DNA of 60,966 nucleotides, filler included, from Sphacelaria rigidula (lineage: Eukaryota), in the NCBI GenBank assembly GCA_964200075.2. It is 5 parts of 5 records of this genome, joined end to end, with 100 filler letters (N's around TTAATTAATTAA, not from the genome) between each part and the next. Parts side by side here need not be neighbours in the genome. Positions count along the whole stretch, not along the records: positions 36,642 to 48,754 come from CAXNAA020004113.1; positions 48,855 to 60,966 come from CAXNAA020004114.1; 3 more parts are not named here. One strand, written 5' to 3'. Position numbers and translations under genes: made by a program. Shown here piece by piece: positions 38,663 to 49,468 of the stretch; position 1 is the first letter of the stretch; the number at the start of each line of letters is the position of its first letter. Under the pieces are notes generated by a model, which did no database searches, was not told the origin of the DNA, and saw nothing but the letters and a program-made list of their open reading frames with translations.

Positions 38663-40035
38663 CTCTACCGGTGTGTTCTTCGGAGGCTTCATCCTGGCGA
38701 CCGTCTTGTATACTTCTTGGTACGGCTTCTCGGCAATTTTTATGCATCCTTCAACACTGCCGCCCACGTTTTAGGGATCGATGCTTGCCCGCCTCGCGTC
38801 TCCAGCTCGTCCTCCTCACCCTTCAACTCACCGTCAGACCCGTAGTACGGTTCGGCCTCTCCATCATCGGCGTCTTCACTGTCTGCCTCCTTTTTCTTCG
38901 GCTTTCCCTGACGTTCAAGTCCCAACCCGCCGACACCCCAGTTCTTGTGCTTCCCACAACAAAACGTGCCGGCCTTGCGACGGGCCGTGCATCGCTTCTC
39001 TTTCCGTGCGCCTCGCTCAAACACCGCTGTGCACCCCGTGCCTTCGGTATATTTCGCTTGAAGGGCCACGTCAGGGGAGAAATGAGGCTGCGCGGGTCAC
39101 GGCGGTGCAAGGAGAGGTATGTGCAGCAATGCCTCCACGTTGAGCTCGTGCCGATACCGCCTGAGTTTCGGCAGCAACAACCCCTGTACAGCGCCACTTA
39201 TCACTTCTGCCACTCGCGTTTCCGCCGCGGCATTTAGGAACAAGACTTTGAAATGATTATGTTGCGCGAGCTGTGCTGCAGTACCAGGTGCTGTTTGACG
39301 ACCGCGGCTGACATCATCTGCGGAACAGTACCTTAGATGCACCCACTGGTTCTTTTCATCCAGAAAGTAAAGCCCATCCATGGACCCATTCGTGCAGCTG
39401 CATACTTTCACCGCATTTACCTCGTGATGTGGCTCCCACACCATAACATTGACGTCCAAAACAGCACTGGCAGCTGCGAGCCACGGCATTTTCAGCCACA
39501 GACCTTCACGTTCTGCCACCCACTTCAGATGCCTCCTAAACCATCCGATGGTGTCCCTCTCCACCTCGATATCCGGCTCGTGTTCGTACGTGTCCGTGAG
39601 AAACAGGTGCCTCGCCATGTTTCCGCCGTAGTCTGTGATGCCATGTTGGCCTTGATTTGCCTCCTCGTCAGGGGTGTTGTACAGTGCAGTACCGCATATG
39701 GCTTGCATCATGTACTCGCATACGGCTTTTTTCAGCTTCGCGACGAGCTGTGCCATGCGCCCATCATCGGGCACCGGCGTATTGCGGCCCAGTGCTGCCG
39801 TCAGCAAGGACTCATAAGCGCAGTTTCCGAACGGTCTCACAGCTTGGCGCCAAGCCGTTGGCGTTGTGGACGATTCAGCTGCCCCATGGTCTTGTTGTGC
39901 AAGCTGCTCAAAGAAGCTCCGGTCCTCATCGCTTACCGCTTTCACGATATCAGACCCACGTTTTGTATTTGGCGGTCCCGGGAACGCTGTCTGTACCACG
40001 GATCTGATATCTATATTTTCCTCAGCGGCATCCAT
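38663..40035 (-). pseudogene. Disrupted ORF: OTU-like cysteine protease domain followed by a CCCH-type zinc finger and an acidic tract
   Basis: OTU-like motifs appear in order: VRPFGNCAYESL (Cys72), WLKMPWLAAASAVLDVNVMVW, VHLRY...HNHF. ORFs 40035-39097 and 39069-38740 are in the same frame, split by a single TGA. The second contains CTAVFERGARKEKRCTARRKAGTFCCGKH. Confidence 0.68.
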
Positions 40036-40623
40036 GCTTGTGTGTGGATGGCCTGCATGACTGACAGGGGTGGGCCCAGTACTGGGGGAGCCATTTCGTA
40101 CGAGACTGTCACCGCACTATGTTTGTTGTAGGTCAGCACCCCTCCGCACATATTGGCGGTGCTGAAAAAGTCCGGTGGATTGAACGAAAAACGTTTTTCG
40201 GCACAGTCAAAAATAGAGAACCTTCTTTTTTCCGCGTTTCATTGGCGCGGGTCTGAAAAACACGCCTTGGACAAAATAGTGCTGTGTGGGAGCTGAAAAC
40301 TATCAACCATATGTCCTTCAAAACCAGCACCTCCAAATCAGCACTTTTCCATTGCCAGTCCCAAAAGGGTCAAGGAGGTCGGGGGGCATGAGGTCGTCCA
40401 TGTGAAATCCATTGGTCATGACTTTAGGTCAGGGAAAACACTGTTTTCGAGTTGAAACTCGTTAAAATGTTGAACCTCAATAACGAATCCAGGCTATTAT
40501 AGGTTGCTTGAGATAACACACCCTCAGGAGCGATTTTCAAAGCTCGATTACTTTTTCTCGACTAGATGGTTGCAACGCCGCCTACTTAAATTTAAACCCT
40601 GGCATCGCTTCTGGTGAGGAGTA

Positions 40624-41832
40624 CAGGCTGGGCCAGCCTACAAGCGGATGTGTACTTTGCAGGCGAATTCGCAATTTTTTTCTTGGAGTTGGAAAGTGAA
40701 ATTTGGTATGGACTATCAATAGGGCATGAAGAAAAGCTGTCTGTGAGGTTCCGACGATTCTTTTTTTTTCCCAAGTTAAGGGATTGTTACTAAAACCTAA
40801 AAACTGACTATTTTCTCCATTTTTCAGCTCAATTTTTAGAACTGTGATCTGAAACTTGGCATGGAAAACGACAGAGGTATGCTGAGTGAAAAAAAAAATG
40901 GGCCTTCATATTTTTTTTTTCATGAGAGGTTCGGGTGTTCTCGTAAAAAATGATCGTTACCATACTAAAACGCCCTCAATCAGCAAAAAATAAAAATTAA
41001 ACCCAACCTCACCCATTTTTCTTGGTTCATCACGACCTAGCAAGATCCCGCACAAAGTTTCAACCCACAAACACCAAACGTGGGCCGATAAACGGCCTGT
41101 AAAATACTGTTCCGAATTTCCACCGGACCGGTTTTTCAAAGGTAAGTTCGCACTTTTTTTCTTGGAGTTGGAAAGTGAAATTAGGTATGGATGATCAACA
41201 GGTCATGAAGAAAAGCTGTTTGTGAGGTCCCGACGATTTGTTTTTCGTGACTAAGGGCAAGGCCCAAGAGCAGTGTTCATTCCTCCTCAAAACCCCCCTA
41301 AAAACACGAAAAAAGATTTCAAAAAACGAAAAAAAAAACGAAAAAGCTGTATTTTTTATTTTATCGTGCACTAGCGGTTTTCCATACCAAATTTCATAGC
41401 ACAACTCTCAAAAACTGACACGCGATATCCAGATTTAGGTCATCTAGTGCCACTGCTCGTAATATACTGATTTTTGTATGAAATCTTATGTTCGCCATAT
41501 CTCGAGATAGATAACGAATTAGGTGAAGGTGAGGGTATCTATCGTCTCCACGTGCTACAGGGAACGTCCGCACCAAAAATCGTCGTCATCTGCTCAATCG
41601 ATCGTTCGGGAGTTCATATTGATTTCAGTGTGGACGCTATCTCCACTAGGTATAGGAATTATTATACATGGGGTTTACTCGACGAGAAAAAATTGGCCCA
41701 GATTTTTGAGCAGATGGGCACCTTCCCCTTGATTAGATGATTAATACGATATGCGGATCACGGCCCAACTCGTCTGTGTCGTTGAGATATCGCTTTGAGA
41801 GCTTAAATCCTTTTTTAGGCTGGCCCAGCTCG
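40624..41832. mobile_element. Longer (about 1.2 kb) member of the same TA-flanked MITE family, with an internal direct repeat of about 100 bp
   Basis: TA|caggctgggccagccta ... taggctggcccagctcg|TA. 41635-41832 is the reverse complement of 15214-15405. 40885-41000 resembles 15500-15625. Direct repeats at about 40665-40760 and 41145-41240. Confidence 0.8.
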
Positions 41833-42299
41833 TAAGTGAGCTTTGAAAATCTGCCGAGGGGATGTGGTATCTCAAGCGACCTACAATAGTGAGTGAGGGT
41901 GTCAGTATGCCAGCGTACTGCTCGGTCTTGTACACTGCGGCCATACCAAAACAGCCGTATCGTATCGAATATCGATACTCGATACGTATCGTGTCATTTT
42001 CGGAATATCGACAAAAATATCGGTATCGGCCGTTGTGGTTCGATATTCTAAGAATATCTATCGAACTTTATTCCCGGTCCGACATGCAACCCTTGTATTA
42101 AAATATCGTATTTTGCTCGCCCTCAATTGACGCTCACTCGACACGATTTCAAGAAGCTATACTGCGTGCCACGCGTGATCAGCCCACACATGAACTCAAC
42201 ACACACGTGTATCATTCACCTGGAACTGTGCCAAGACGTCCAGCCAACATCCCGGTCAATCTTATCAGTCCCCTCCTTGCCCCTCAAAACTCTCCCAAG

Positions 42300-45200
42300 G
42301 GGACAAAAACAAGAACAACAACAACGCCAAGGAGAAAACAACGGACTTGGGCGCATCCGCACAAGCACTGGCAACAGCAGCAGGGGAGACCCTTGCCGCG
42401 GCGGGGGAGACAGCTGTCGCGGCATTTGATAGTGTGCAGGAGAGGCTGTCAGAGGCTCTGCCGCAGAACGTAACGCTCATTTGGGGCGGCGGTGCTTCAA
42501 CAAATCTCAATGTGCCCTGGAAGGGTATCGGGGTGTACGCCGGAGGGCTGTTGAGCGGGTTGTTCTTGGCTGGGGCGTTGTTGACGCTGCCCTTCGCGGA
42601 CCTGGGGTCGGCTGGCTTGAAAAAGAGCTTAACTTTGTTTGAGAATGTTCTCCTGGATATTGACCAGGTGCGTACTATTACACGGGCTGGGCCGACCAAG
42701 ATTTCCCATGAGTGGTTGAGCAGTTTTCCGTGTTTGATTTCGGGAGTAGGCGCTGAAATTTCGACACGAGATTCACAGAATCAGTACGCCTTGAGGTGGC
42801 GGAAGCAGCCAAGAAAAATGAAAACAGATGCAGCAAGTTGGAGCGATTTGAAATTTCTAAACAAAAAAAAGAGAGGAGAGAATGTCGTAGCTTGATGAAA
42901 CAAGAAAAAATGTGAATGATCTTCGTCTTGCGTGTAGGAAGTCCTTGTAAAATTTCTGCTCCGAACTCCCAAAATCGGGCAGGGTACTCCCCTTTTTTGT
43001 GTGACACCGCTGCACCCCGTTGTCTAACTGGTGTGAGAGAGGGCGAAAGGTCACGAGTTCGAATCCGGACCGATATTTCTTGATATTTTTTTGCGGAATC
43101 TGGATCCCTCATTTGAGGTCATAGATTATGCATTGTTTTTTTTCATACACATGTTTTTATTAAGCGGCAGAGAGTGACGAGATGTTGGTTGTTTACAGTT
43201 TACAGCGATGTACGTACATCGGGCTGGTTCAGGAATCCGACAGAGTTGTCGTGTGCTCAAGGACTGCGAGTTTCTTGGCTGGCCCAGCTCGCACATTACA
43301 ATACACGACTTGTACAATATGGTTGAAACATTGTGATGTCCAGTGCAAAATCGAAACATGATGGGCATGTGCCACCGCGGCCCCGAAGATACCAGAACTG
43401 AAAGAAAAAAAATGGGAGTTGACAAAATGGGGGTGTATCGCCGTGGTTCTAGGATTAAAATGGGAGTAGCGTACTTTTCCGTGCGTTGCGCAGCACCGCA
43501 CGCCGACTGGGCACCTCTTAAACACGTTTGAGCGCCTCAGTCAGGTGTTTGGGCAGCATGCCCAACCTTTTTTACACATGCTAACCGCGTGAGCTAGGGC
43601 GTGGAACGGGTGAGCCTGTTAGAACACCTCATTATGTCAACGAACCCGCGGGGTAGACCCCCTGTCGGCTAAAAAGTCACACAGTACCCCCATTCTGTGC
43701 ATGGGCATACCTGCATTTTGTGTATGTGCATACTCCCTTTTTGTCTCTGGTAACCCTCCTGCGGACTGCACACATAACGCCCCCGCGCAGCCCAAAACAT
43801 ACCCCCATTTTGTCGATCTACACATTCCCGAAAAAGTCGAGAAGCCCACGAGCAACAAATTGTGACACTATGGCCTGCTGCTGGTTGCTCCGCACACCCA
43901 AAAGATCCGACTATGTGTGCGGGATGTGAACGGTTATGCTGCGGGCAGATCACAAAGATCCAAAAATGCGTGAAAAGTCTTGTCGTCACATGGCACAGGA
44001 AACTGAAAATCATATGAGTGCTCTTCCGAACGATGTTTGGCAGCAACGCGGCGCCTCTGCTGACCCTCCCTCCACCACATATTTTTTACCCCGGTCGTGA
44101 CCCCCCCATAAAAAAAGACATGCACGGGTGGCCGCTGGTACACGTTTCCTGCATTCGGCAGCGTACCTCTCAAGTTTTGGTACATTGCGGGTACGCTCAA
44201 GGACGCGCGTACGGCATGAATCGGGTTGTGATCGCACGCGGTGTGGTGTCGTGTAAACCATGGTGAACACGGTTCGGACGAATCATCGCCGGTTCGAACC
44301 ACCAAATCCATGATTTTTCAGGCCTGATTGCTTCAAAAAAGAGAAAAAAAGTTGACCGCTGGTCAGAAAGGTTTCCACGCAATTTATGCGCCATTCCACG
44401 TGCCTGGGCTGCGCGAACCTAGACTGCAACGCTGCAAACAAAGCCTGGGGATTGATTCGTACGGCATGAATCAATCACACTAAAATCAAATGATTTCCAG
44501 ACGAACCACCAATTCGTCCGACTTTTGATCGTAAACAACCGAAAATCCCCGCCTTTTTTTCCCAGTAAACTTTGCCCTTTGTCAAGAAATCCAAAACTGG
44601 AAAATTGTCAAGCCCTGAGCGTAGAAAATTCATGGTTAGGCTACCTACTTCACGAAGCGCCTTGGAAGTGCAATCCGTGTGTTCAGGGTTGTGCTCTGTG
44701 GGGTAAGGGTATATTTGGTAGGGTATGGGGGATATTAAAGGACTCACATGACTGTCGGGTATCGGTATGGAAATCTCGCACAACTCACAGAACCTGTCGG
44801 GTACGATATCGAGGTTGTACAGAAAACCTCACCCGCAACTGGGTATGCCAACAAGGGTATATCCGTACCCCTGGTGAGGGTTAACGTTTTGTACGGATCT
44901 CACAGAACTGTCGGGTACGGGTAGTAACCGGGTAAATACCCCGGAGATACGAGGAGAAAAAAATGCTCCCCACAAGACTCAACGTTGCTCGTGTTGGTGT
45001 TTCTGAAGGAAAAAAAGCTACTTCAATACTACCCGATCAATACCATCCGAAACTAGAGTCATTCGCAGGAATGCCAGTGATCTGTAAGTGAGTATTGTCA
45101 TTATCCGACCGATTTTATGGGGTTTTCGTTTGGCTCGTGACCTAATACTTTTGTCTTACTGAGTCACGTGTGTCTAATGACAACGGCTCGATTCGAAACG

Positions 45201-47404
45201 GAACAGTTATTGTGCAACAACCGATCTACATCTATATATCTATCTATCCATCTGAGTAGAGAGGTGATGAACCAAAGGTCAACGTCCAGCGAATCAGAGA
45301 ATTGATCCGATTTCCTTACAGAGGACATTGCCCAACGGACTGGGGTTCGAATGATCAATCCACGGGAAAAAATCGGCTGTAGACGGGCTGAAATCCTCAT
45401 ACTTGTACAAACACAGATTGGTTGCCTTAAAAAATGGTCTTCGTGTAGTTCTGCACAGTGACGCAGGGACAACAACACATGGCGTCACGGGAGCGCTAGT
45501 GTAGAAGTGAAGTGGTGCCCGATACAGATGTCGGAAACAATCTAAGATTCTAGTACTGCACGTATAGTACGGTAAAGTGCACGCGTGCTGCAGTAGGTAG
45601 GTGCAGTACAGCTGTACGGTTAACAAAATTTCCACCCATGTGTTCGTTTTGTCGTCTGGTGAGTATGTCGTGAGAACCCTGCCTCCCTGCTACCACCCGC
45701 TCGCCGCCTTCCCGCACAAGCGACGCTTCACAGAATCTTGGGAGTTACGATCGTTGAAAACTGTTCCGAAATGGCCGCCACGGCCTTCAATTCAATATCT
45801 TCACGTAAAGGTAGCCACGATGCGCGTGATTCATCTGGGTTCATATCTCCAATGGTATTCATTGTTGGCGTTATGTGCTGGAGCATGATCTCGTGATGGT
45901 GATGATTTTTGTGTAGGATATGGTGGAGTGCATGATATCTAGAAGGGCTGTGCTGCCGTGGCGAGGCGTTGTGATGGGACGACCTGATGTGCATGTGTAC
46001 GTAAGTGTGCGTTTGTACAGTAGTAGTGCACATCCTGGATGATGATAATAAGTTACATTGTCAAAAAATGTACTACTTACAATATGAACTTTATTATCAA
46101 TCGCAGTAGACGCTTCAGTCGATACTGCACGCAGTGCACTTTTTGACGATTTAACCTTTTTGTTGAGGGTGTGCAGTAGTGCGGTATTGCAGCTGCTCAT
46201 TACGCTGATGGATGATGTCAATACATTGTTCACTGTATGTGATGACATCGTTGACGATATTATGGCAATCTTGTACAATGATTATTGTCCATTTTCTTCA
46301 CGATGATATCACGATTCAAGGGTTGCCCACAAATCATCGCTGGTTCAGGGCACCGAATCTACGATTATCGTAAACCGGGTTTCTCGAGTCGATTGATTGA
46401 TCGATAAGTTGGTTCATCGGTCGATGAATTGACTGATTGATTGTGACACCTTAACTGATCCCCCAGGAGTCATGATCCAGTCGTGGTCATTATCCACATG
46501 ATGAATGTATTCGAAATATAAGTTTGAACAAAATGGGAACACTCGGTGAAGAAACGTGAAAAATTCAGAAAGGTAGAACAGACAAAAGAGGATAGAGTAA
46601 CGAACGAAAAGGATAGGTATGAAAAACAAAAACAAAACAAGGTCGACGAAAAGAAAAGGAGGGGGGAAAGGTGACCGCGGGTTGAGAAGGTCTATATTAA
46701 TACGCAGATTTTGCGCTATTCCACGTACCTGGGGAGCAACGCTGAAAACAAACAAGCCCAAGGATTGGGAGTCGTCTGGTACGAATCAATCACACGCTCA
46801 GCAAGAAACTTTCAGACAAATCGTTGTTTGTCCGACCATTTGGATATTTTGCCGATTTTTTTCGCTAGTGATCCGAGATATATTACTTTGGCACTTTTAT
46901 GTGAACGATCTTGTCGTTTTCTTCACATTGAAAAGTGTTCTGATATCTGCGCAGTACTCTCTATTGGGCATCTAATGCGGATGTCCTCCGTGGTCATAAA
47001 TAAGCTAACTACCCAAAATAAGGTGTGATGAAATCAAAATCATAATCAAATGTATCATCTGGATGATATTCATAGTTGTATGTACAGTATGTCATTCTAC
47101 ACCCTTGTATGGGTGTCATGTGACTACTGTGCTCGATATCTCCTGTCCTGTCCTGTCCTGCCTTCTTTTTTTTTTCAACACGATACATACATGCATAACG
47201 TTTTGCGTATGTACAGTAGTGACGACATTTATGAAATCATTTTATTTCATTTCATTTGTTTGAATATGATCAAATTGTGCATGAAGAATCAACACCACGA
47301 ACGAATTATTTCAGGGATACGTTGAGGAGGTGGACACGGAGCGCCTGCTGGAGACGGCAGTGGTGTCCATGCTCAGGACGCTGGACCCTTATACGGAGTT
47401 CCAG
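42300..47404 (+). CDS. Partial S41A C-terminal processing (tail-specific) peptidase, CtpA/Prc-like. Internal exons 42300-42667 and 47315-47404
   Basis: A hydrophobic segment (GIGVYAGGLLSGLFLAGALLTL) is followed by LTLFENVLLDIDQ|GYVEEVDTERLLETAVVSMLRTLDPYTEFQ. This matches the S41A N-terminal pattern YV-x-x-V-D...ML-x-x-LDPY. The two exons are joined by a phase-0 GT-AG intron of 4.6 kb. PDZ and catalytic exons are not in the window. Confidence 0.78.
44750..44945 (+). repeat. Degenerate repeat of the unit ctcacagaac(c)tgtcgggtacg
   Basis: The unit is seen at about 44745, 44783 and 44898. Confidence 0.55.
46428..46680 (-). mobile_element. 5'-truncated copy of the 3' end of the same LINE family
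   Basis: gattgattgtgacaccttaactgatcccccagg...gatccagtcgtggtca matches 29417-29470, and the purine-rich sequence that follows is similar. Confidence 0.65.
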
Positions 47405-47627
47405 GTGATGAAAATTCGGGGGACGGGCATTGTCAAAGCAACGGTTGTTGACATTTTTTCTTCGACAGCTGTCCACTTTTGCTGAGGCAAATGTTTTACT
47501 ATTGTTATTGGGCTGGGATGTGGACGGGTTGGGATATTTTCTTTTTGCTGTTTCAATTTTTTTAGAGTGTGGGGAAAGACAAATAGTTTAAGGTGTAAGG
47601 TGTGGAGGGTTGGTGTGGGTTTTTCCG

Positions 47628-47628
<1 letters not shown>

Positions 47629-47666
<38 letters not shown>

Positions 47667-47749
47667 CATTATTATCATTATTATCATTATTATCATTATT
47701 ATTATTATCATTATTATCATTATCATTATTATTATTTTCATCATTATTT

Positions 47750-47792
<43 letters not shown>

Positions 47793-47802
47793 TATGATTA
47801 TT
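47629..47802. repeat. (ATT/ATC)n compound microsatellite in an intron
   Basis: About 170 bp of trinucleotide repeat, read directly. Confidence 0.97.
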
Positions 47803-47898
47803 TTCAACAAGGGGAAGGCAAAATGTCTCAAAATGTGTTCACACTCGTGACATGACAGGAGGATCAGTAAGCCGCTGCGCCCCGAGAGTCTGAATTAA

Positions 47899-48134
47899 CC
47901 CTTTTGGAACTCGCGAAAAAACAGCACAAACTCCCGTATGCGAGCTTTCGTCACCGAAAAACGTCACTTCGAGTTGGGTGCACAAATCTGTCACATTTCA
48001 TATACTTGAACTTGGAGTAGTACACCGTTTTGGTGGGCTGCATCATCAATACTTGCAGAAAAATAACCATATCTTGCCCCCCAAGAAAACGTCAATTGTA
48101 AATCGTCACTTTTCCATCAACGGTTCCAGAAGAG
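47899..48134. mobile_element. piggyBac-type MITE (236 bp) with TTAA target-site duplication
   Basis: TTAA|cccttttggaac ... gttccagaagag|TTAA; TIRs match at 10 of 12 positions. Confidence 0.75.
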
Positions 48135-48148
48135 TTAAAATTGTACAA

Positions 48149-48375
48149 TATGGTAGCGTAGTGGTCTGACTGTCGCCATTAGGGTGGAGAGAACGGGGGT
48201 TCGATTCCCGATGCGTTGGTTTTTTTTTTCTTCGTAATGTATGATTTCCACCGTGAAGAGCGTGAGAACGTGAGTAAACAAAGTAGTCGACTGGGTCTGT
48301 GTCACGTGAGTAGATGCGGTGCAGGAGTGCTGACCCAATCCGCGAGACCGAAATGAAAGGCACGTACCGGGGCGA
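48149..48375 (+). repeat. tRNA-derived SINE-like element; another degenerate tRNA-like head lies at about 43011-43072
   Basis: A box TAGCGTAGTGG and B box GGTTCGATTCC, followed by a T-run and a non-tRNA body. Confidence 0.55.
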
Positions 48376-48754
48376 GGTCCTGTGCGGGAGTGTTCGGTCC
48401 TGATCCGTTCCTCGATGATACCATAAACGTTACGCGTGGATGCTACCGGGGAAGAGCTGGGTTGATCCCTTGAGACCACGGACCCATCCCGAGCACGGGG
48501 AGGGGTTTAGAACTGAGAGAGGAAAAGGAAAACACACACACACACACAATTGCCGGTTGGAGGCGGAAGTTCGCGACACTCGTAGCTATTATCCAATCCT
48601 TGATGACAAGAATATGTGGTGTAGGTACACATCGGGGGTGAGGCATGGGTCGATATCTTGACGTTTCGATTTTCATCCATCCCGAGAGACCACGGACTCG
48701 TTCCGAGAAAAGGGGGGGGGGGGGGGGGAACGACTGGGAGGAAAAAAAGAAGAA

Positions 48755-48854
48755 NNNNNNNNNNNNNNNNNNNNNNNNNNNNNNNNNNNNNNNNNNNNTT
48801 AATTAATTAANNNNNNNNNNNNNNNNNNNNNNNNNNNNNNNNNNNNNNNNNNNN
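48755..48854. other. Artificial contig spacer
   Basis: Same 100-bp spacer. Confidence 0.98.
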
Positions 48855-49006
48855 GGCGGGTGCGCTGCGTCTGTTGCGGGGTCGGGGCTGGGGTGGGGGG
48901 GTGGGGGGGTTCATACTCGTTTGTTGCTTGCCCTAGTCGTTCGACTACTCGTATCAATCACGCCTTCCTATCGAGACAGAACACGGTTCGGGAAGAGGGG
49001 ACTCAC

Positions 49007-49433
49007 TTTCTGCCTTCCACCTTCGCGAGGCCGCCGTGAACATCGTGCTCTTGACCTTCTTGATGCAGCACTGTTCTTTGTCGCACCCGTCGTCGTCGAG
49101 GCACTCGATCTCAGCATGGTCATGCACCAGAGCGTAGCCCGCGGGGCACTTGAAATCAGCGCACATTTCGAAATCATTGTCGTCCTTCTCTTCGCAGCAC
49201 TGCTCCGTGTCACATTCTTCGTTGTCGCAAATGATCAAGTCGTACCCTATCACGTACACGTTGTCCTTAGGGCAGGTGTAGTCTGCGCAGACTTCCACCC
49301 CTGTGGAGGTCAAGCACGGGAAATTCGTCGGGGGGGGGGGGGGGGGGGATGTTTTTTTGGCTGGCCTTGGTGGGGGGGCCGTTGCCCCGGCCTCCTTTTT
49401 TAGGCGGGGCAAGTGGGGGGGGGGGGGGGGGGG

Positions 49434-49468
<35 letters not shown>

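Noticed and set aside
40624-41832. Terminal structure of the OTU-piggyBac element
   Set aside because: It has its own TIRs and TA duplication and belongs to a separate Tc1/mariner-type MITE family; I found no convincing TTAA-flanked end for the OTU cassette.
47562-47855. Poly-Ile, poly-Leu and poly-Tyr ORFs
   Set aside because: They are translations of the (ATT/ATC)n microsatellite in an intron.
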